DNA of 64,000 bases from Limnochordia bacterium (GCA_050951545.1 JBMNJG010000006.1:128001-192000), one strand, 5' to 3'. Positions 31,427-41,779 are shown, counted from the first letter of the stretch. The notes: a model not told the origin generated them from the letters alone. A program made the numbers and translations.

Positions 31427-31854
31427 GTGCCACGCCAGGTAGCCAGAGCGACCACGCGCAAGACACTGGTAATCTGCTCACGTTCGCTCAGGGTGGTGGT
31501 AAGAGTGCAGCGATGCGATCTTAGCAGAGCCCTTTTTGCGGACCGGAACCGTTTTCAGGGGCTCATTTCTCCCCCTAGGAGCACACTCTGCCGCCTCGAT
31601 AGCCCTTCTGGGGCTACCAGACAACACATAACCGAACCGTGTCGATGGTCCTTTCCCACTCAGCCGATGTCCGAGCGCAAGTCCGCCCAGGTTTCGTGAG
31701 GAACCCAGCGGCTGGTAAGCGTCTGGAGTTCGGTCTCCTCTATTACCTGCACGACATTGCCATTGAGTATAATGGGTCGGAACACTACCTCGTCGCAGAG
31801 CAGCATTCAGCTGAGCAGGTCCACAAGCAGCACAGGTCCACAGGCGGCAGATGA
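31427..31854 (+). pseudogene. Decayed, truncated paralog of the HTH-endonuclease gene
   Basis: VRPGFVRNPAAGKRLEFGLLYYLHDIAIEYNGSEHYLVAEQHSAEQVHKQ aligns without gaps to ASPRFLVNPATGMLLELDRHYDLEAVAFEFNGPQHYTPTKRFSADVVAKQ; 5' boundary uncertain. Confidence 0.7.
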
Positions 31855-32036
31855 TCCCAGAGATTGCCAATGTAGGCCGAGTCTACCCCTTCCTCGAAGC
31901 CGTCAAACTGGCCCAACAGGTGTGGACTCCCCTGATGGGCCCCGCTCTCACGGGTACGATGCCTATCCAGGGCGTTTTCGCCCAGGCCGCTGGGATCCAT
32001 GGCCGCATTCTTGCCGAGATTGCGGAACCCAGGTAG
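31851..32036 (+). CDS. Small hypothetical protein (61 aa)
   Basis: ATGA overlap with the upstream stop, AGGCGG RBS-like sequence, protein-like composition. Confidence 0.45.
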   Translation: MIPEIANVGRVYPFLEAVKLAQQVWTPLMGPALTGTMPIQGVFAQAAGIHGRILAEIAEPR

Positions 32037-32148
32037 GCTCGGCGCCTCTCCCTTAGCTGGGGAGCGGTGACAACGTTCCCCAGCTTCTCGTCCAGCCTGC
32101 GCGCCATGCTATAATGGGTGTAACCTATTACCAGAGGGCAGTGAAGAA

Positions 32149-32343
32149 ATGACACCCCAGGACGTGATCTGGCGGCTTCTAGAGCGTTTGTGCGAAACAC
32201 AGCAGATGCTTGCTGACAGCGCTGAAGAACTGCATCCCGTACGTAACCAAGACCTGATCTCTACGCTCCATGAGTTGGAGCATCTAACGAACACACAGAT
32301 CAATCTGATGAATCGGATGAGGCGTCGTTATCCGCCTCAGTAG
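32149..32343 (+). CDS. Small helical hypothetical protein (64 aa)
   Basis: TGnTATAAT extended -10 at ~32107-32115, GAGGG RBS-like sequence, amphipathic sequence. Confidence 0.6.
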   Translation: MTPQDVIWRLLERLCETQQMLADSAEELHPVRNQDLISTLHELEHLTNTQINLMNRMRRRYPPQ

Positions 32344-32608
32344 AGGAAACCTTCTTTGCGCGTTTCAGGCGTCTCGCTTGGGTCTGAGAGCGGCGAGACG
32401 CTGCGACGAGCATCAACGAGACCGAGCCGACAATCATCACCCAGCCGACGACGCTCAGGATGGTCACGATGACCCGTGAGCTGGGTGTGATAGCGAGGGC
32501 TTCCCTGATAGCCGCGGCCCGTCGCGTGGCCACGACATCGGTGACCACAGCCGCCGTCACACACAAGATGCCAATGGTAAGGATAAAGCGCTTGACGACC
32601 ACGAGCAT
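32300..32608 (-). CDS. Small two-TM membrane protein
   Basis: AGGGGG RBS, two hydrophobic segments. Confidence 0.6.
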   Translation of the reverse strand: MLVVVKRFILTIGILCVTAAVVTDVVATRRAAAIREALAITPSSRVIVTILSVVGWVMIVGSVSLMLVAASRRSQTQARRLKRAKKVSSTEADNDASSDSSD

Positions 32609-32659
32609 AGGCCCCCTTTGCTCAACCTATTGCACGTGGGTGCCGCCTTTCCTGCCGCA

Positions 32660-33229
32660 TCAGACTCGTGAATGATGAGCCAGTATCGCTTTCAAGGCCT
32701 TCGTAGTCAGAGGTGCTCCTTGGCAAGCATCGTCTGCATGACCCATCTTACCTGGGTCTCCGAGACCAATCACCACCGGGACATGCACGTCGCGCAGCAC
32801 ACCAAGTGTATCGCCCTGCTGATAGCATGCCTTTTGGGGAATACCCTCTTTGTTGACTGGACCGCTCACCATATCCCCGTTGCGACTAACCGACTCCGTC
32901 ACCTCGACGCCAAGATCGCGCTGCGCATCGGAGGCCACCGCCACTACGCCCAACACCTCTATTCCTGAGTGCTCCACAAAGTGACGGAGTATGCGCTCCC
33001 CTCGCCCCTCACCCAGCTGCCCTTCATCGTCCACCATCACGACAACTGGATCGCTGGGAGCAGCCAGCACAAGTTTCACGACTTCCTCAGGCTCCAAATA
33101 GGCATCGTGGGGCCCATGACCTCCAGATAGGGAAACGCAGCGGCAGTCTACATTCCGTGCTGCTTGCTCTACGGCCGCTGCGGCCTGACGGTCCCCGTCG
33201 GTTACTACGATGACCCGTTTCCTGGGCAT
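32660..33229 (-). CDS. spoVAE: Stage V sporulation protein AE (SpoVAEa-like)
   Basis: RVIVVTDGD..A..AVE.AA, RCVSLS, DPVVVMVDD.G..GEGRGE, LGVVAVAS, GDT, IGLGDPGKM. Confidence 0.85.
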   Translation of the reverse strand: MPRKRVIVVTDGDRQAAAAVEQAARNVDCRCVSLSGGHGPHDAYLEPEEVVKLVLAAPSDPVVVMVDDEGQLGEGRGERILRHFVEHSGIEVLGVVAVASDAQRDLGVEVTESVSRNGDMVSGPVNKEGIPQKACYQQGDTLGVLRDVHVPVVIGLGDPGKMGHADDACQGAPLTTKALKAILAHHSRV

Positions 33230-33282
33230 TGCCACCACCTCAGCTGATAGCCTGCCCAGAGAGATAGGCTCTCTACTACAGC

Positions 33283-35004
33283 TTACTTCCTGTGACCGAT
33301 CGAATACAGACCTGGCAGGCTGACGGGGAGGCGGCCAGAGCCTTCAGCCTGACCAGCAATCACTTCGGCGGCAGCTTGCATGCTCTCGCCGTTGGCGCTA
33401 TAGCAGGCGACGAAGGTGCCTATGGCCGGAAAGCGCAGAAGGTCGTAAGGCTCGCGCACACTGAGCACAATCGGCTCACGACCTGCCGCCACCAACTCCT
33501 CCACAAGGGCTACTTGGTTGGCCCCAACAGTCGACCACGCCTGGTGCGTGATGAGTATGACGTTAGCGTACTCCCGGCTTCTGGCGACTATCTGAGCTCG
33601 GGCCACCTTATCCGGGTTGAGAGCGATGATCGCCTCATCCACTCCTGACACCTGAGGGCGCAAAGCCTCAGCCAATCGCCTAGCTGGCGACTGCTGATTC
33701 GCCAGTGTGGGTCCCACTACGAGGAGACGCCCCCCATTGCCGGTAAGGGGTAGCCGAGCTTGAGCATCCCGGACCACGGTGATGGCCGCCGCTGCCGCTT
33801 GCTTACTGACCAGCGCCGCCTCTTGTGTCTGTGCCCGTGTAAGGCTCTGGGGCTTGGTGGCACCAGCAATCTGCTCCTTGGCCGCCAAGATGCGGCGTAC
33901 AGAAGCATTAACCCGCTCCTCAGGGATCACACCCTCGCGCACCGCGCTTACCAGAGCCTCGACCACACGTATGGGCTGCCGCCAATCGGAGGGCCAAGCG
34001 ACGAGAACAACATCGGCACCAGCCTGAACTGACCGTACGGCGGCCTCTCCCAGCCCGAAATTCCTGGCGATGGCTCCCATCTCCATAGCATCGGTGATGA
34101 TCAGACCGTCAAACCCCAGTTCCTGGCGGAGCAGGTCCGTAAGAACTCGCTTGGATAGTGTAGCAGGCACGCCGGGCTGAGGCTCAATCGCAGGAAAGGT
34201 CACATGGGCGGTCATGATGGCTGTCACACCCGCCCCGATGGCAGCCTTAAAGGGGACAAACTCCACCTGCTCCAAGCGAGTGCGAAGGTGCGCCACCCTA
34301 GGCAGAGCAATATGTGAATCGAGCGAGGTGTCGCCGTGACCCGGGAAATGCTTTGCGGTGGATAGCACTCCGCCTTCATGCAACCCAGTGATGTAGGCAA
34401 CCCCCAGGCGAGACACGGCTTGCGGGTCCTCCCCGAAGGAGCGGATACCAATCACAGGATTGGCCGGGTTGCTATTCACGTCCACCACAGGAGCAAAGTT
34501 CATGTTGATGCCCACTGAACGCAGCTCACGCCCCATAGCGGCTGCGACGCGTTGGGTCAGCTCCGGCGAGCCCGCAGCTCCCAAGGCCATGTTGCCGGGA
34601 AAGGCGTGCCGCCCTTGCAAGCGAACCACATAGCCACCTTCTTGATCTGCGGCGATCAACAGGGGCAACTCAGCCCCCGTGGTGGTGGCCAGTCTCTGTA
34701 GGCGCCCCGTGAGCTCTGCTGTCTGCTCCAGATCACGTATGTTCCGTGAGGCTAGCATCACCCCACCGATGAAATGCTTTGCGATGAGCTCGTTGGCCTC
34801 AGCTGACAGATCGTAGCCGGGAAAACCCGCCATCACCATCTGCCCCACGCGCTCCTCCAAGCTCATCTGTGATAGACGATCAACCAGGCCCTGCTCCACA
34901 GTGGGGATGCGTCGCACTCTGAACAACCCGATGCCCAAGGCCAGTAGAATGACAATCACTAGAGCCCCTCGAAGGGTAACCCGCGCCTTACTGGTCATGC
35001 CCAT
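33283..35004 (-). CDS. nagZ: GH3 beta-N-acetylhexosaminidase
   Basis: ADQEGG.V.R, FAPVVD, RSFG, KHFPGHGDTSLDSH, ITDAMEMGA, C-terminal GH3 domain. Confidence 0.92.
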   Translation of the reverse strand: MGMTSKARVTLRGALVIVILLALGIGLFRVRRIPTVEQGLVDRLSQMSLEERVGQMVMAGFPGYDLSAEANELIAKHFIGGVMLASRNIRDLEQTAELTGRLQRLATTTGAELPLLIAADQEGGYVVRLQGRHAFPGNMALGAAGSPELTQRVAAAMGRELRSVGINMNFAPVVDVNSNPANPVIGIRSFGEDPQAVSRLGVAYITGLHEGGVLSTAKHFPGHGDTSLDSHIALPRVAHLRTRLEQVEFVPFKAAIGAGVTAIMTAHVTFPAIEPQPGVPATLSKRVLTDLLRQELGFDGLIITDAMEMGAIARNFGLGEAAVRSVQAGADVVLVAWPSDWRQPIRVVEALVSAVREGVIPEERVNASVRRILAAKEQIAGATKPQSLTRAQTQEAALVSKQAAAAAITVVRDAQARLPLTGNGGRLLVVGPTLANQQSPARRLAEALRPQVSGVDEAIIALNPDKVARAQIVARSREYANVILITHQAWSTVGANQVALVEELVAAGREPIVLSVREPYDLLRFPAIGTFVACYSANGESMQAAAEVIAGQAEGSGRLPVSLPGLYSIGHRK

Positions 35005-35119
35005 CTGCCGACCACACCTCGCCAAGCTTCCAGTGTAGACTCCCATGTGCATTTCATCCTTCGTGGAAGTGCCACAGCGCCTAGACTTCCGCACTTGGTT
35101 GGCCGCCGTCAGGCGTACT

Positions 35120-36664
35120 TCAGAAATGCATAAGGCTATCGACGGGAGCATAGTCGTCAGTCAAAAGAGGCACATCATCGGTGCGAACCGCCTCACTGAC
35201 CCGACTGGACAGCACCTGTACCATATCTGAAGGGACCTTGAGACTAGTAGCCATACTCCGGGCACGTACCATTAGGTCTGCCCATTCTGGCGCCTCTTTC
35301 TCCATCATAGCGATCACAATGATATTGCGCACCGCTGTTTCACCACGCACGGGCGCATTCCAGCCTACGGGAAAAGCGTACACGTGTGGAAAGACCTCCT
35401 GGAAGGTCTTGAACATCGATCGGAATAAACGGCTCCGAGGACCACTTACTGCCCCGATGATATTGCTCACTACGACACCGTTGGCGCTCATGTGCGCTTT
35501 CAGCTCTTCCAGGTACTCCTTGGTGGTTAAATGGAAGGGAATGGAGTCAGAAAAGTAGGCGTCGATGAACGCCAAGTCGTAGAGGCTCCTATTCTTGCGC
35601 AAGAAGGTGCGTCCGTCCTTGGCAAACAAACGGAGCTTCTCGTCGCCTTTCACACCGAAATAGCGCTCTGCTACCCGGATTACCTCCGGGTCGAGCTCAG
35701 CGACATCCATCGCCAGCTCTGGATAGTTCACCCGGAAGTTCTTGGGCACCGAACCCCCTCCGAGACCTACAAAAAGGGATGTGCGTGCGTCCGGGCGCAG
35801 TAGGGGGCCCAAATGAAAGAAGTCTGTGTACTCAAAGACCAGTTTATGCGGCTCGCGCAGATCCATGGCGCTTTGCCAGGAGGCATCGAACTTGAGGTAA
35901 CGCGTGCCTCCTTCGTCGACCACCAAGATGCGGTGATAGAGACTGTCTTTTTGGTAAACCGTCTTCGTCGCATAGATATCGGAACTAGTGGCCGAAACAT
36001 GGCCCCATCCCACACACATAGCCAGCACTACGAGAAGTGAGAGAACCCGGCTAGCGACTTTTTTTTTACGTTCCCCACGCTCGCTCTCCTTACCGGCTGC
36101 CACAAAGACACCAACTGCCAGCAGCAGCAGAACTCCCCCCAGCAGGTGAACAATCAGACGAACGCCTAACCAGGTGATCAGAAAGAAAGAGGTGAGAAGC
36201 GTGCCCACGATGCTGCCCAAGGTAGAGACGGCGTACAGACGGCCTGCTGTATTTCCTACAGTATCCAACCCCTCCACCTGCAGCTTGATAGCAAAGGGGC
36301 TGACCATACCTAAGAAAATACTGGGCACAAAAAACAGCAGTAGCGCCGACAGAAGTGGCCCCAGACGCGGGCCCAGATCGGCGTCGGCCAACAGGTTGTT
36401 AATCGGCTCCGCCCACCAAGGTAGAATGAGTACCATGAGACCCGGTATGACCAGAATGCCAGCTAGGACCTTAAGTGAGGGCCGCCTATCGGCATAGGAG
36501 CCTCCCAGAAAGTAACCTACCGACAGCGAAGCCAAAAAGACACTGATCAAACTGCCCCAGACAAAGATCGAACTACCGAAATACGGGGCCAAGATACGGC
36601 TTCCCAACATCTCCAGAGCCATTAGCACTGCTCCGGACACAAAGACGACGCCTGGCATGGCCAC
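35120..36664 (-). CDS. Fused MFS-like membrane / spermidine synthase-family methyltransferase
   Basis: VFVSGAVLMALE..SRILAPYFGSS, GRLYAVSTLGSI.G, GLGGG, ELDPEV, IPFHLTTKE, LTDDYAPV. Confidence 0.9.
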   Translation of the reverse strand: MAMPGVVFVSGAVLMALEMLGSRILAPYFGSSIFVWGSLISVFLASLSVGYFLGGSYADRRPSLKVLAGILVIPGLMVLILPWWAEPINNLLADADLGPRLGPLLSALLLFFVPSIFLGMVSPFAIKLQVEGLDTVGNTAGRLYAVSTLGSIVGTLLTSFFLITWLGVRLIVHLLGGVLLLLAVGVFVAAGKESERGERKKKVASRVLSLLVVLAMCVGWGHVSATSSDIYATKTVYQKDSLYHRILVVDEGGTRYLKFDASWQSAMDLREPHKLVFEYTDFFHLGPLLRPDARTSLFVGLGGGSVPKNFRVNYPELAMDVAELDPEVIRVAERYFGVKGDEKLRLFAKDGRTFLRKNRSLYDLAFIDAYFSDSIPFHLTTKEYLEELKAHMSANGVVVSNIIGAVSGPRSRLFRSMFKTFQEVFPHVYAFPVGWNAPVRGETAVRNIIVIAMMEKEAPEWADLMVRARSMATSLKVPSDMVQVLSSRVSEAVRTDDVPLLTDDYAPVDSLMHF

Positions 36665-36701
36665 ACCACCTACATGAATTTCATCTTAGTTTCGTCATCA
36701 G

Positions 36702-37994
36702 CTAGCGGTTCACCTTTGGAAGTAGCGGAAGCACAGACTGGTCCAATTTGGCCCGAGCCTGTTCCCACGAGTGCCGTCCATGAAGGAAATCGTAGACTGC
36801 GGTACGCAAAGGCTGGTTGGGCCCCATCAGGCGGGGCCAGTTCACATCGCGAGCCACTGGACGAGCATAGCGACACGTCTCAACAACCTGGTTCCGGGCA
36901 CTGCTTGGCCATTGCCGCAAGAAGGTACCATCAGTGAGTACGCTGGCCCGCACAGGTATCTGACCCGCTTCAGCCACCAGGGCCTGACCCTTGACGCCCA
37001 CCAGCCATTTCAGGTATTTATAGGCGCTATCCGGCCTACGCGAGGTGGCGGTGACCGCCAAACCCTGCCCTTCGAGGGAAGTGGCCCGCTTGCCTTTTGG
37101 GCTCTTGGGCCACTGCGCCAGCGCCCACTGTGCAGTGGCCCCATCCGCCTGGGTCACATACGTATCGGCAAACCAGGTGCCCGCCGCGAGCATCGCCACC
37201 CGGCCCTGAGCGAACGCTGCCGACGGATAGACTCCCTGCAGCGGATCTATACCCACGTGAGCCAACTCGTCCCAAAGCAGAGTGACGTTCTTGCGAGGTG
37301 GGTAAAAGTCTGCGTAGAACGTCAGTGCCTCACGCACCTGCGGCATGTGCCACGAAGGCTGCCCGCCAATGAAGAAGTCTGCATCATTGGCCCAGACCAG
37401 AGTCAAGAAGGTATGCGTAAACCACTCAAGCCAGCCATACCGATCACGGCGTCCGTCGCCATCCAGATCGACGGTCATCTTCTGCGCGTACTGAAGCCAG
37501 TTGCTCCAATCCCAGTCGCGTCCGGGCGCCGACAGGCCAGCAGCAGCCACAAGGCCAGGATGATACCAAAAGACAGCAACATCATTGCTCCAGGGCAGTG
37601 CGTACTGACGCCCGAAAGCCTGCCAGACCCAGAGTGAAGCTGGTAGAAAGTCAGCGAGATCGAACGACCGATCCGACTTGAGCATCGGCCCGAGGTCAAC
37701 AAGGAAATCCGTGAGCGCCTCCCAACCACTTGACGGGAGCATGATCGCGTCGGGGCCGTACCCACCCGCCATTCGAGACAGCAAACGGTCTCGCGTCCCT
37801 TGCCAACTCACCTGACTCGCTTCCACCTGCACGCCGCTCTTGGCGCCGAATTCCTGCACGAGCGGTCTGACCGCTTCCCAGAGATCGGCACTCATGCCAT
37901 GCCAGAAAACCAGCTTCTCCGCGGCCAGAACCGCAGGTGTCACCACTGCAACTAGCGTAGCCACCAAAAGCCATGTTACAGGGCCTACTCTCAA
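36702..37994 (-). CDS. Sugar ABC-type extracellular solute-binding protein
   Basis: GGYGPDA, GRQYALP, DLDGDGRRDRYG, FAQGRVAM; GGGGAG RBS before TTG 37994. Confidence 0.85.
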   Translation of the reverse strand: MRVGPVTWLLVATLVAVVTPAVLAAEKLVFWHGMSADLWEAVRPLVQEFGAKSGVQVEASQVSWQGTRDRLLSRMAGGYGPDAIMLPSSGWEALTDFLVDLGPMLKSDRSFDLADFLPASLWVWQAFGRQYALPWSNDVAVFWYHPGLVAAAGLSAPGRDWDWSNWLQYAQKMTVDLDGDGRRDRYGWLEWFTHTFLTLVWANDADFFIGGQPSWHMPQVREALTFYADFYPPRKNVTLLWDELAHVGIDPLQGVYPSAAFAQGRVAMLAAGTWFADTYVTQADGATAQWALAQWPKSPKGKRATSLEGQGLAVTATSRRPDSAYKYLKWLVGVKGQALVAEAGQIPVRASVLTDGTFLRQWPSSARNQVVETCRYARPVARDVNWPRLMGPNQPLRTAVYDFLHGRHSWEQARAKLDQSVLPLLPKVNR

Positions 37995-38002
37995 GCAAAC
38001 TA

Positions 38003-38082
38003 CTCCCCAAAATGAAGTGGCGCTGTGCCAGCATGTCAGCAACCTTGGGTTCTCGTCAGCGATGGTGTCGGCGACCTCCGAT
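38003..38082 (-). repeat. Dispersed 5'-leader repeat, copy A
   Basis: Minus: atcggaggtcgccgacaccatcgc...gctgacatgctggcacagcgccacttcattttggggag. Confidence 0.6.
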
Positions 38083-38093
38083 TGCTATGCGAG

Positions 38094-40205
38094 CTAGTAG
38101 AGCTTGTGTACCTTCACAGATCCGTAATAGTGAGCTAAGATGGCCGCCACATCATACCCCTGCTCTGCCATGCCTGCCGCACCTAGCTGATCGAGTCCGA
38201 CACCATGGCCGAAACCGCCGCCGTAAAAGACAAACTCGCGCACCCGTCCGTCAGCGTCTAGATGCGACTCCACCTTGAACAGGTTGCTCTTCAGCCCGCC
38301 TAGCGTGGAGCGGATGCCGTCGCCCTTAACAACGTGCGTGCCCCGAGACCCGACGACCTCGACCTCCAGCACCTGTCCTCCCACGGCGCGCCTGCCTGGC
38401 CGAATGGCCAGCACGGTGCCGATGGCCTGACGGGCATTGACTCGCGCCTCGATCTCAGCGGCAGGCACTGGCAACACCCAACGAAAACTGCTGCGGGTGG
38501 TGTATGAGCTATCGCTGGCGAAAACCCGCGGTGCTTTCTTGATCCAGGCCTCTAGAGCCAGAGGTCCGAGAGGAAACTCAGGCGGCGAAGGGTCTAGGGT
38601 ATCCACGATGGGCTGCAAGTAGCTGATCTTGCCACCCCAGACCTCCTCGGAGGAGGCCGTATGACCACCAGCAGTGGCGTTGTAGAAGACTTGGGCAGGG
38701 CGGTCACCATCGCGCAAGACAAGACCCAACGTCTCTAACACCGCCGCAGTGGTATTGGCGTGCTCGACACCGACGCCCCGATACTCCGAGGATGCCACCG
38801 AACCCTGAACGTCAAAACCACGTTGCCAGTAGCGCCCCAAAGAACGGTAGGTATAAGTGCGAGCGGCGATCGCCTGTGCTTTCAGAGCCTCCAGGGGCAT
38901 GCTCGTGAACATCTCGGATGGGACCACGGACAGCAGATATGACTCCATATCCACGATGTTGACGAGCGTGATCCCGCCCTCGCGCACCAGAGCCTCCATG
39001 CTGCCCCGATACTGACGATGCTCCTTGCGGGCGTAGAAGTACCCCTTGCCCATCTCCATGTCATAGACAGCTATCGTGGAGGTGGGTTTTTCTGGCACGA
39101 GTTGCCACGGCGCCTTTCCGCTGACCTCGGTCCGCCCATCTTCACTGCGCAAACTCAGTACATCGCCTTTTCTGGTCAGCAACCAGATGCCTCCCGGCTG
39201 CAGACGAGCGACCACGCGTCCCCAACGCAGTAGCTCCACTGGTCCACTCCAGGCCAGCCGAATGGTCTCAGCCTCTTCAGCAAGCCCCACTCGTATCTGA
39301 GGAGCATCGGGGCTAAACACAGGCGTGACCTGCCGCAACTGCAAGGAGGCACGATCCTTGGCCTCGAGCTCTTCCGTCTGCCTAAGAAATGCCTCATTGC
39401 TGGCAACAAAGCGAGCCATATCTTCGGCCACTTGCTTGTCATAAGTGCGTACTAAGGAAGTCTTTTGATAGGCGCTCCAGGCTTTGCGCAGGTCGCCTTG
39501 CGCCTCGTAAGCCCGAGCCAGGTACGGATGAAGACGAGTCAGGCCGCCATCTCGTCTCAGCGCTGTCTCGAACGCATCGACAGCCTCAGCAGTGCGCCCC
39601 AGCCGATCATACACTATGCCAAGCTCGTAGTAGGCGATGGCATAACCTGGATCGAGGGAAATCGCTTGCAGCAGGTGCGTAAGCGCCCTGTCAGGCGCGT
39701 ACTCGCCTAACGCTGCTCCCAGAGCAACGAGCGTCTGCGGCTGCATAGGAGCCATCGCTAACGACTGCTCAAAGGCTGCTGCGGCAGCTGGATAGCGAGC
39801 CAGCGCATAGAGAGCCCAACCCAGATCGTACCAGAGCTCGCCATCGCTCCCTGCCAGTTCCACTGCCTCCAAGTAGGTATCGACGACTAGCGACCACTGC
39901 CCCAGATCCTTGTAAACCACCGCCAGGTTGCGCAGGGCAAGCAGGCGCAATGAGGAGTCCGCTTCAGCCGCCAGCCCTGTCAGGAGCTTGGCTAGGGCCT
40001 CGAGCTCGCCGTTTTTGTACAACCCGACCACACTGTGCCATCCGCTGTCTTGTACTGGCCAGCCGTTCTGAAACGCCGCTGAGTCCAGAGGCTGTGTTTG
40101 GGGCGTGGCCGCGCTACCCCGTGGCTGCCAGATGATGAGCAATGAGATGAACAAGACCATAGCCAGAGGCTTGCCGCAGCGAAAGCGCAGTGGCAGAGAG
40201 ATCAT
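38094..40205 (-). CDS. TPR-repeat + SpoIID/LytB-domain lytic transglycosylase
   Basis: N-terminal TPRs; YRGSME, LVNIVDMESYLLSVVPSEM, EALKAQAIAARTY, GGGFGHGVGLDQ.GA. Confidence 0.9.
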   Translation of the reverse strand: MISLPLRFRCGKPLAMVLFISLLIIWQPRGSAATPQTQPLDSAAFQNGWPVQDSGWHSVVGLYKNGELEALAKLLTGLAAEADSSLRLLALRNLAVVYKDLGQWSLVVDTYLEAVELAGSDGELWYDLGWALYALARYPAAAAAFEQSLAMAPMQPQTLVALGAALGEYAPDRALTHLLQAISLDPGYAIAYYELGIVYDRLGRTAEAVDAFETALRRDGGLTRLHPYLARAYEAQGDLRKAWSAYQKTSLVRTYDKQVAEDMARFVASNEAFLRQTEELEAKDRASLQLRQVTPVFSPDAPQIRVGLAEEAETIRLAWSGPVELLRWGRVVARLQPGGIWLLTRKGDVLSLRSEDGRTEVSGKAPWQLVPEKPTSTIAVYDMEMGKGYFYARKEHRQYRGSMEALVREGGITLVNIVDMESYLLSVVPSEMFTSMPLEALKAQAIAARTYTYRSLGRYWQRGFDVQGSVASSEYRGVGVEHANTTAAVLETLGLVLRDGDRPAQVFYNATAGGHTASSEEVWGGKISYLQPIVDTLDPSPPEFPLGPLALEAWIKKAPRVFASDSSYTTRSSFRWVLPVPAAEIEARVNARQAIGTVLAIRPGRRAVGGQVLEVEVVGSRGTHVVKGDGIRSTLGGLKSNLFKVESHLDADGRVREFVFYGGGFGHGVGLDQLGAAGMAEQGYDVAAILAHYYGSVKVHKLY

Positions 40206-40216
40206 GCAAAGACTGC

Positions 40217-40287
40217 CTCCCCAGAAAATGATGCAGTGCTGTGCGGGCATGTCGACGGCCAACCACGCGTACCCCTTTGATCTTCAC
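40217..40287 (-). repeat. Dispersed 5'-leader repeat, copy B
   Basis: Minus: gtgaagatcaaagg...ggccgtcgacatgcccgcacagcactgcatcattttctggggag. Confidence 0.75.
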
Positions 40288-40301
40288 CCCCAACGGTGCT
40301 G

Positions 40302-41423
40302 CTACTTTGCAGCCAGCGCTTCACGGTTGAGCCCGCTGAGCTCAGCAACCACAAAACGCCCGTCTTGACGTACCAGCTCGCCGTCGAAGTAGATCGATCC
40401 ACCACCGTACTCAGGCCGCTGAATGCTGATCAAGTCCCAATGGATAGCGGAGCGGTTGCCATTGTCGGCCAAGGCGTAGGCGTTTCCCGGAGTGAAATGG
40501 AAACTACCATGTATCTTCTCATCGAAAAGAGTGTCTTTCATTGGTTCAGCAATGAAAGGATTAAGCCCCAAGGAGAACTCCCCGACATATCGGGCTCCGG
40601 CATCTGTGTCAAGGACCTTGTTCAGCCTTGCTGAGTCATTGGCCTCGGCAGCCACAATCCGGCCCTTCTCAAAGCGAAGACGGATGCTGCTAAACGTAAA
40701 ACCCTGGTAAACCGAGGGCACATTGTAGGTAATGGTACCTTCCACAGAATCACGTACGGGTGCCGTATAGACCTCCCCGTCCGGGATGTTGCGTTTGCCA
40801 GCGCACTTCACAGCGGCCATCCCTTTGATGGAGAAGCGCAGATCGATTCCGGGGCCCGTTATATGTACCTCGTCGGTCTGCATCAAGCGGGCGACCAAGG
40901 CATCCATAGCATCCCACATGCGACGATAGTCGAGGGTGCATACATCGAAGTAGAAGTCCTCAAACTTGCTCAGGCTCATGTTGGCCGACTGCGCCATGGA
41001 GTGGTTGGGGTAGCGCAACACGCACCAGCGCGTCTGAGGCACCCGGACCTGCACGTGCACAGGTTCCATCCACAAACGCTGGTACAACTCCATTTTCTCA
41101 GGGGATATGTCGGAAAGCTCAGCCCGATTGCGCCCGGCGCGAATACCGATGTAGGCGTCCATAGCCTCCATGCGCTGCCGCTCCCACACAGCGATGTCCG
41201 CAAGCGCCGATTCGCTGATGCCCTGCAACATCTCCCTGAGAATCTCGTGGTCTTTGATGGTAACGTAAACAAGGCCCCCGACAGCATACGCCTGCTGGAT
41301 AAGGGCCTGTACCAATGCGGTCTCCAGACCAGTGACCTCGATAAGCAGCCTCTCGCCCGGCTGAAGGGCGACCGAGTATTCGATGAGTAGTTTTGCTAGT
41401 TTGTCAAGACGCGGATCGCGCAC
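40302..41423 (-). CDS. M29 family aminopeptidase (AmpS / aminopeptidase T-like)
   Basis: DPRLDKLAKLLIEYS, NIPDGEVYTAP, GARYVGEFSLG, LFDEKI.GSFH, SAIHWD. Confidence 0.92.
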   Translation of the reverse strand: MRDPRLDKLAKLLIEYSVALQPGERLLIEVTGLETALVQALIQQAYAVGGLVYVTIKDHEILREMLQGISESALADIAVWERQRMEAMDAYIGIRAGRNRAELSDISPEKMELYQRLWMEPVHVQVRVPQTRWCVLRYPNHSMAQSANMSLSKFEDFYFDVCTLDYRRMWDAMDALVARLMQTDEVHITGPGIDLRFSIKGMAAVKCAGKRNIPDGEVYTAPVRDSVEGTITYNVPSVYQGFTFSSIRLRFEKGRIVAAEANDSARLNKVLDTDAGARYVGEFSLGLNPFIAEPMKDTLFDEKIHGSFHFTPGNAYALADNGNRSAIHWDLISIQRPEYGGGSIYFDGELVRQDGRFVVAELSGLNREALAAK

Positions 41424-41507
41424 ACTGTCTGCCCCCAGGAAGGACGGCCGCCACAGGCGACCGTCGCTATCGTTTTCCGCCTAGAGCGTGGCCGCTGCCG
41501 ACCAGCA

Positions 41508-41768
41508 TCACCTGATGCCGATGCGTGATTTTGCTTTCTCAAGTTCGGCCTTATCTTCCGGCTCTATCTTGGAGAGCACGGCATTGTAGAGCGTCTCCGC
41601 ACCCGCCTCGACATTCTCGAACGCACCGTCTTTGACACCAGCATCTACCGAATTCCTGAACGCATACTCCACGCTCTGCTTGAATTGGTAATGCGCCTGC
41701 ATGAACATATCCTCGTATTTCTTTATACCTCCGCCACCTCGACCAAACAGTCTAGACAAAAACCCCAT
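41508..41768 (-). CDS. Hypothetical protein (86 aa)
   Basis: GGAGG RBS, MGFLSRLFG start, protein-like composition. Confidence 0.75.
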   Translation of the reverse strand: MGFLSRLFGRGGGGIKKYEDMFMQAHYQFKQSVEYAFRNSVDAGVKDGAFENVEAGAETLYNAVLSKIEPEDKAELEKAKSRIGIR

Positions 41769-41779
41769 CTTCTCATCCC

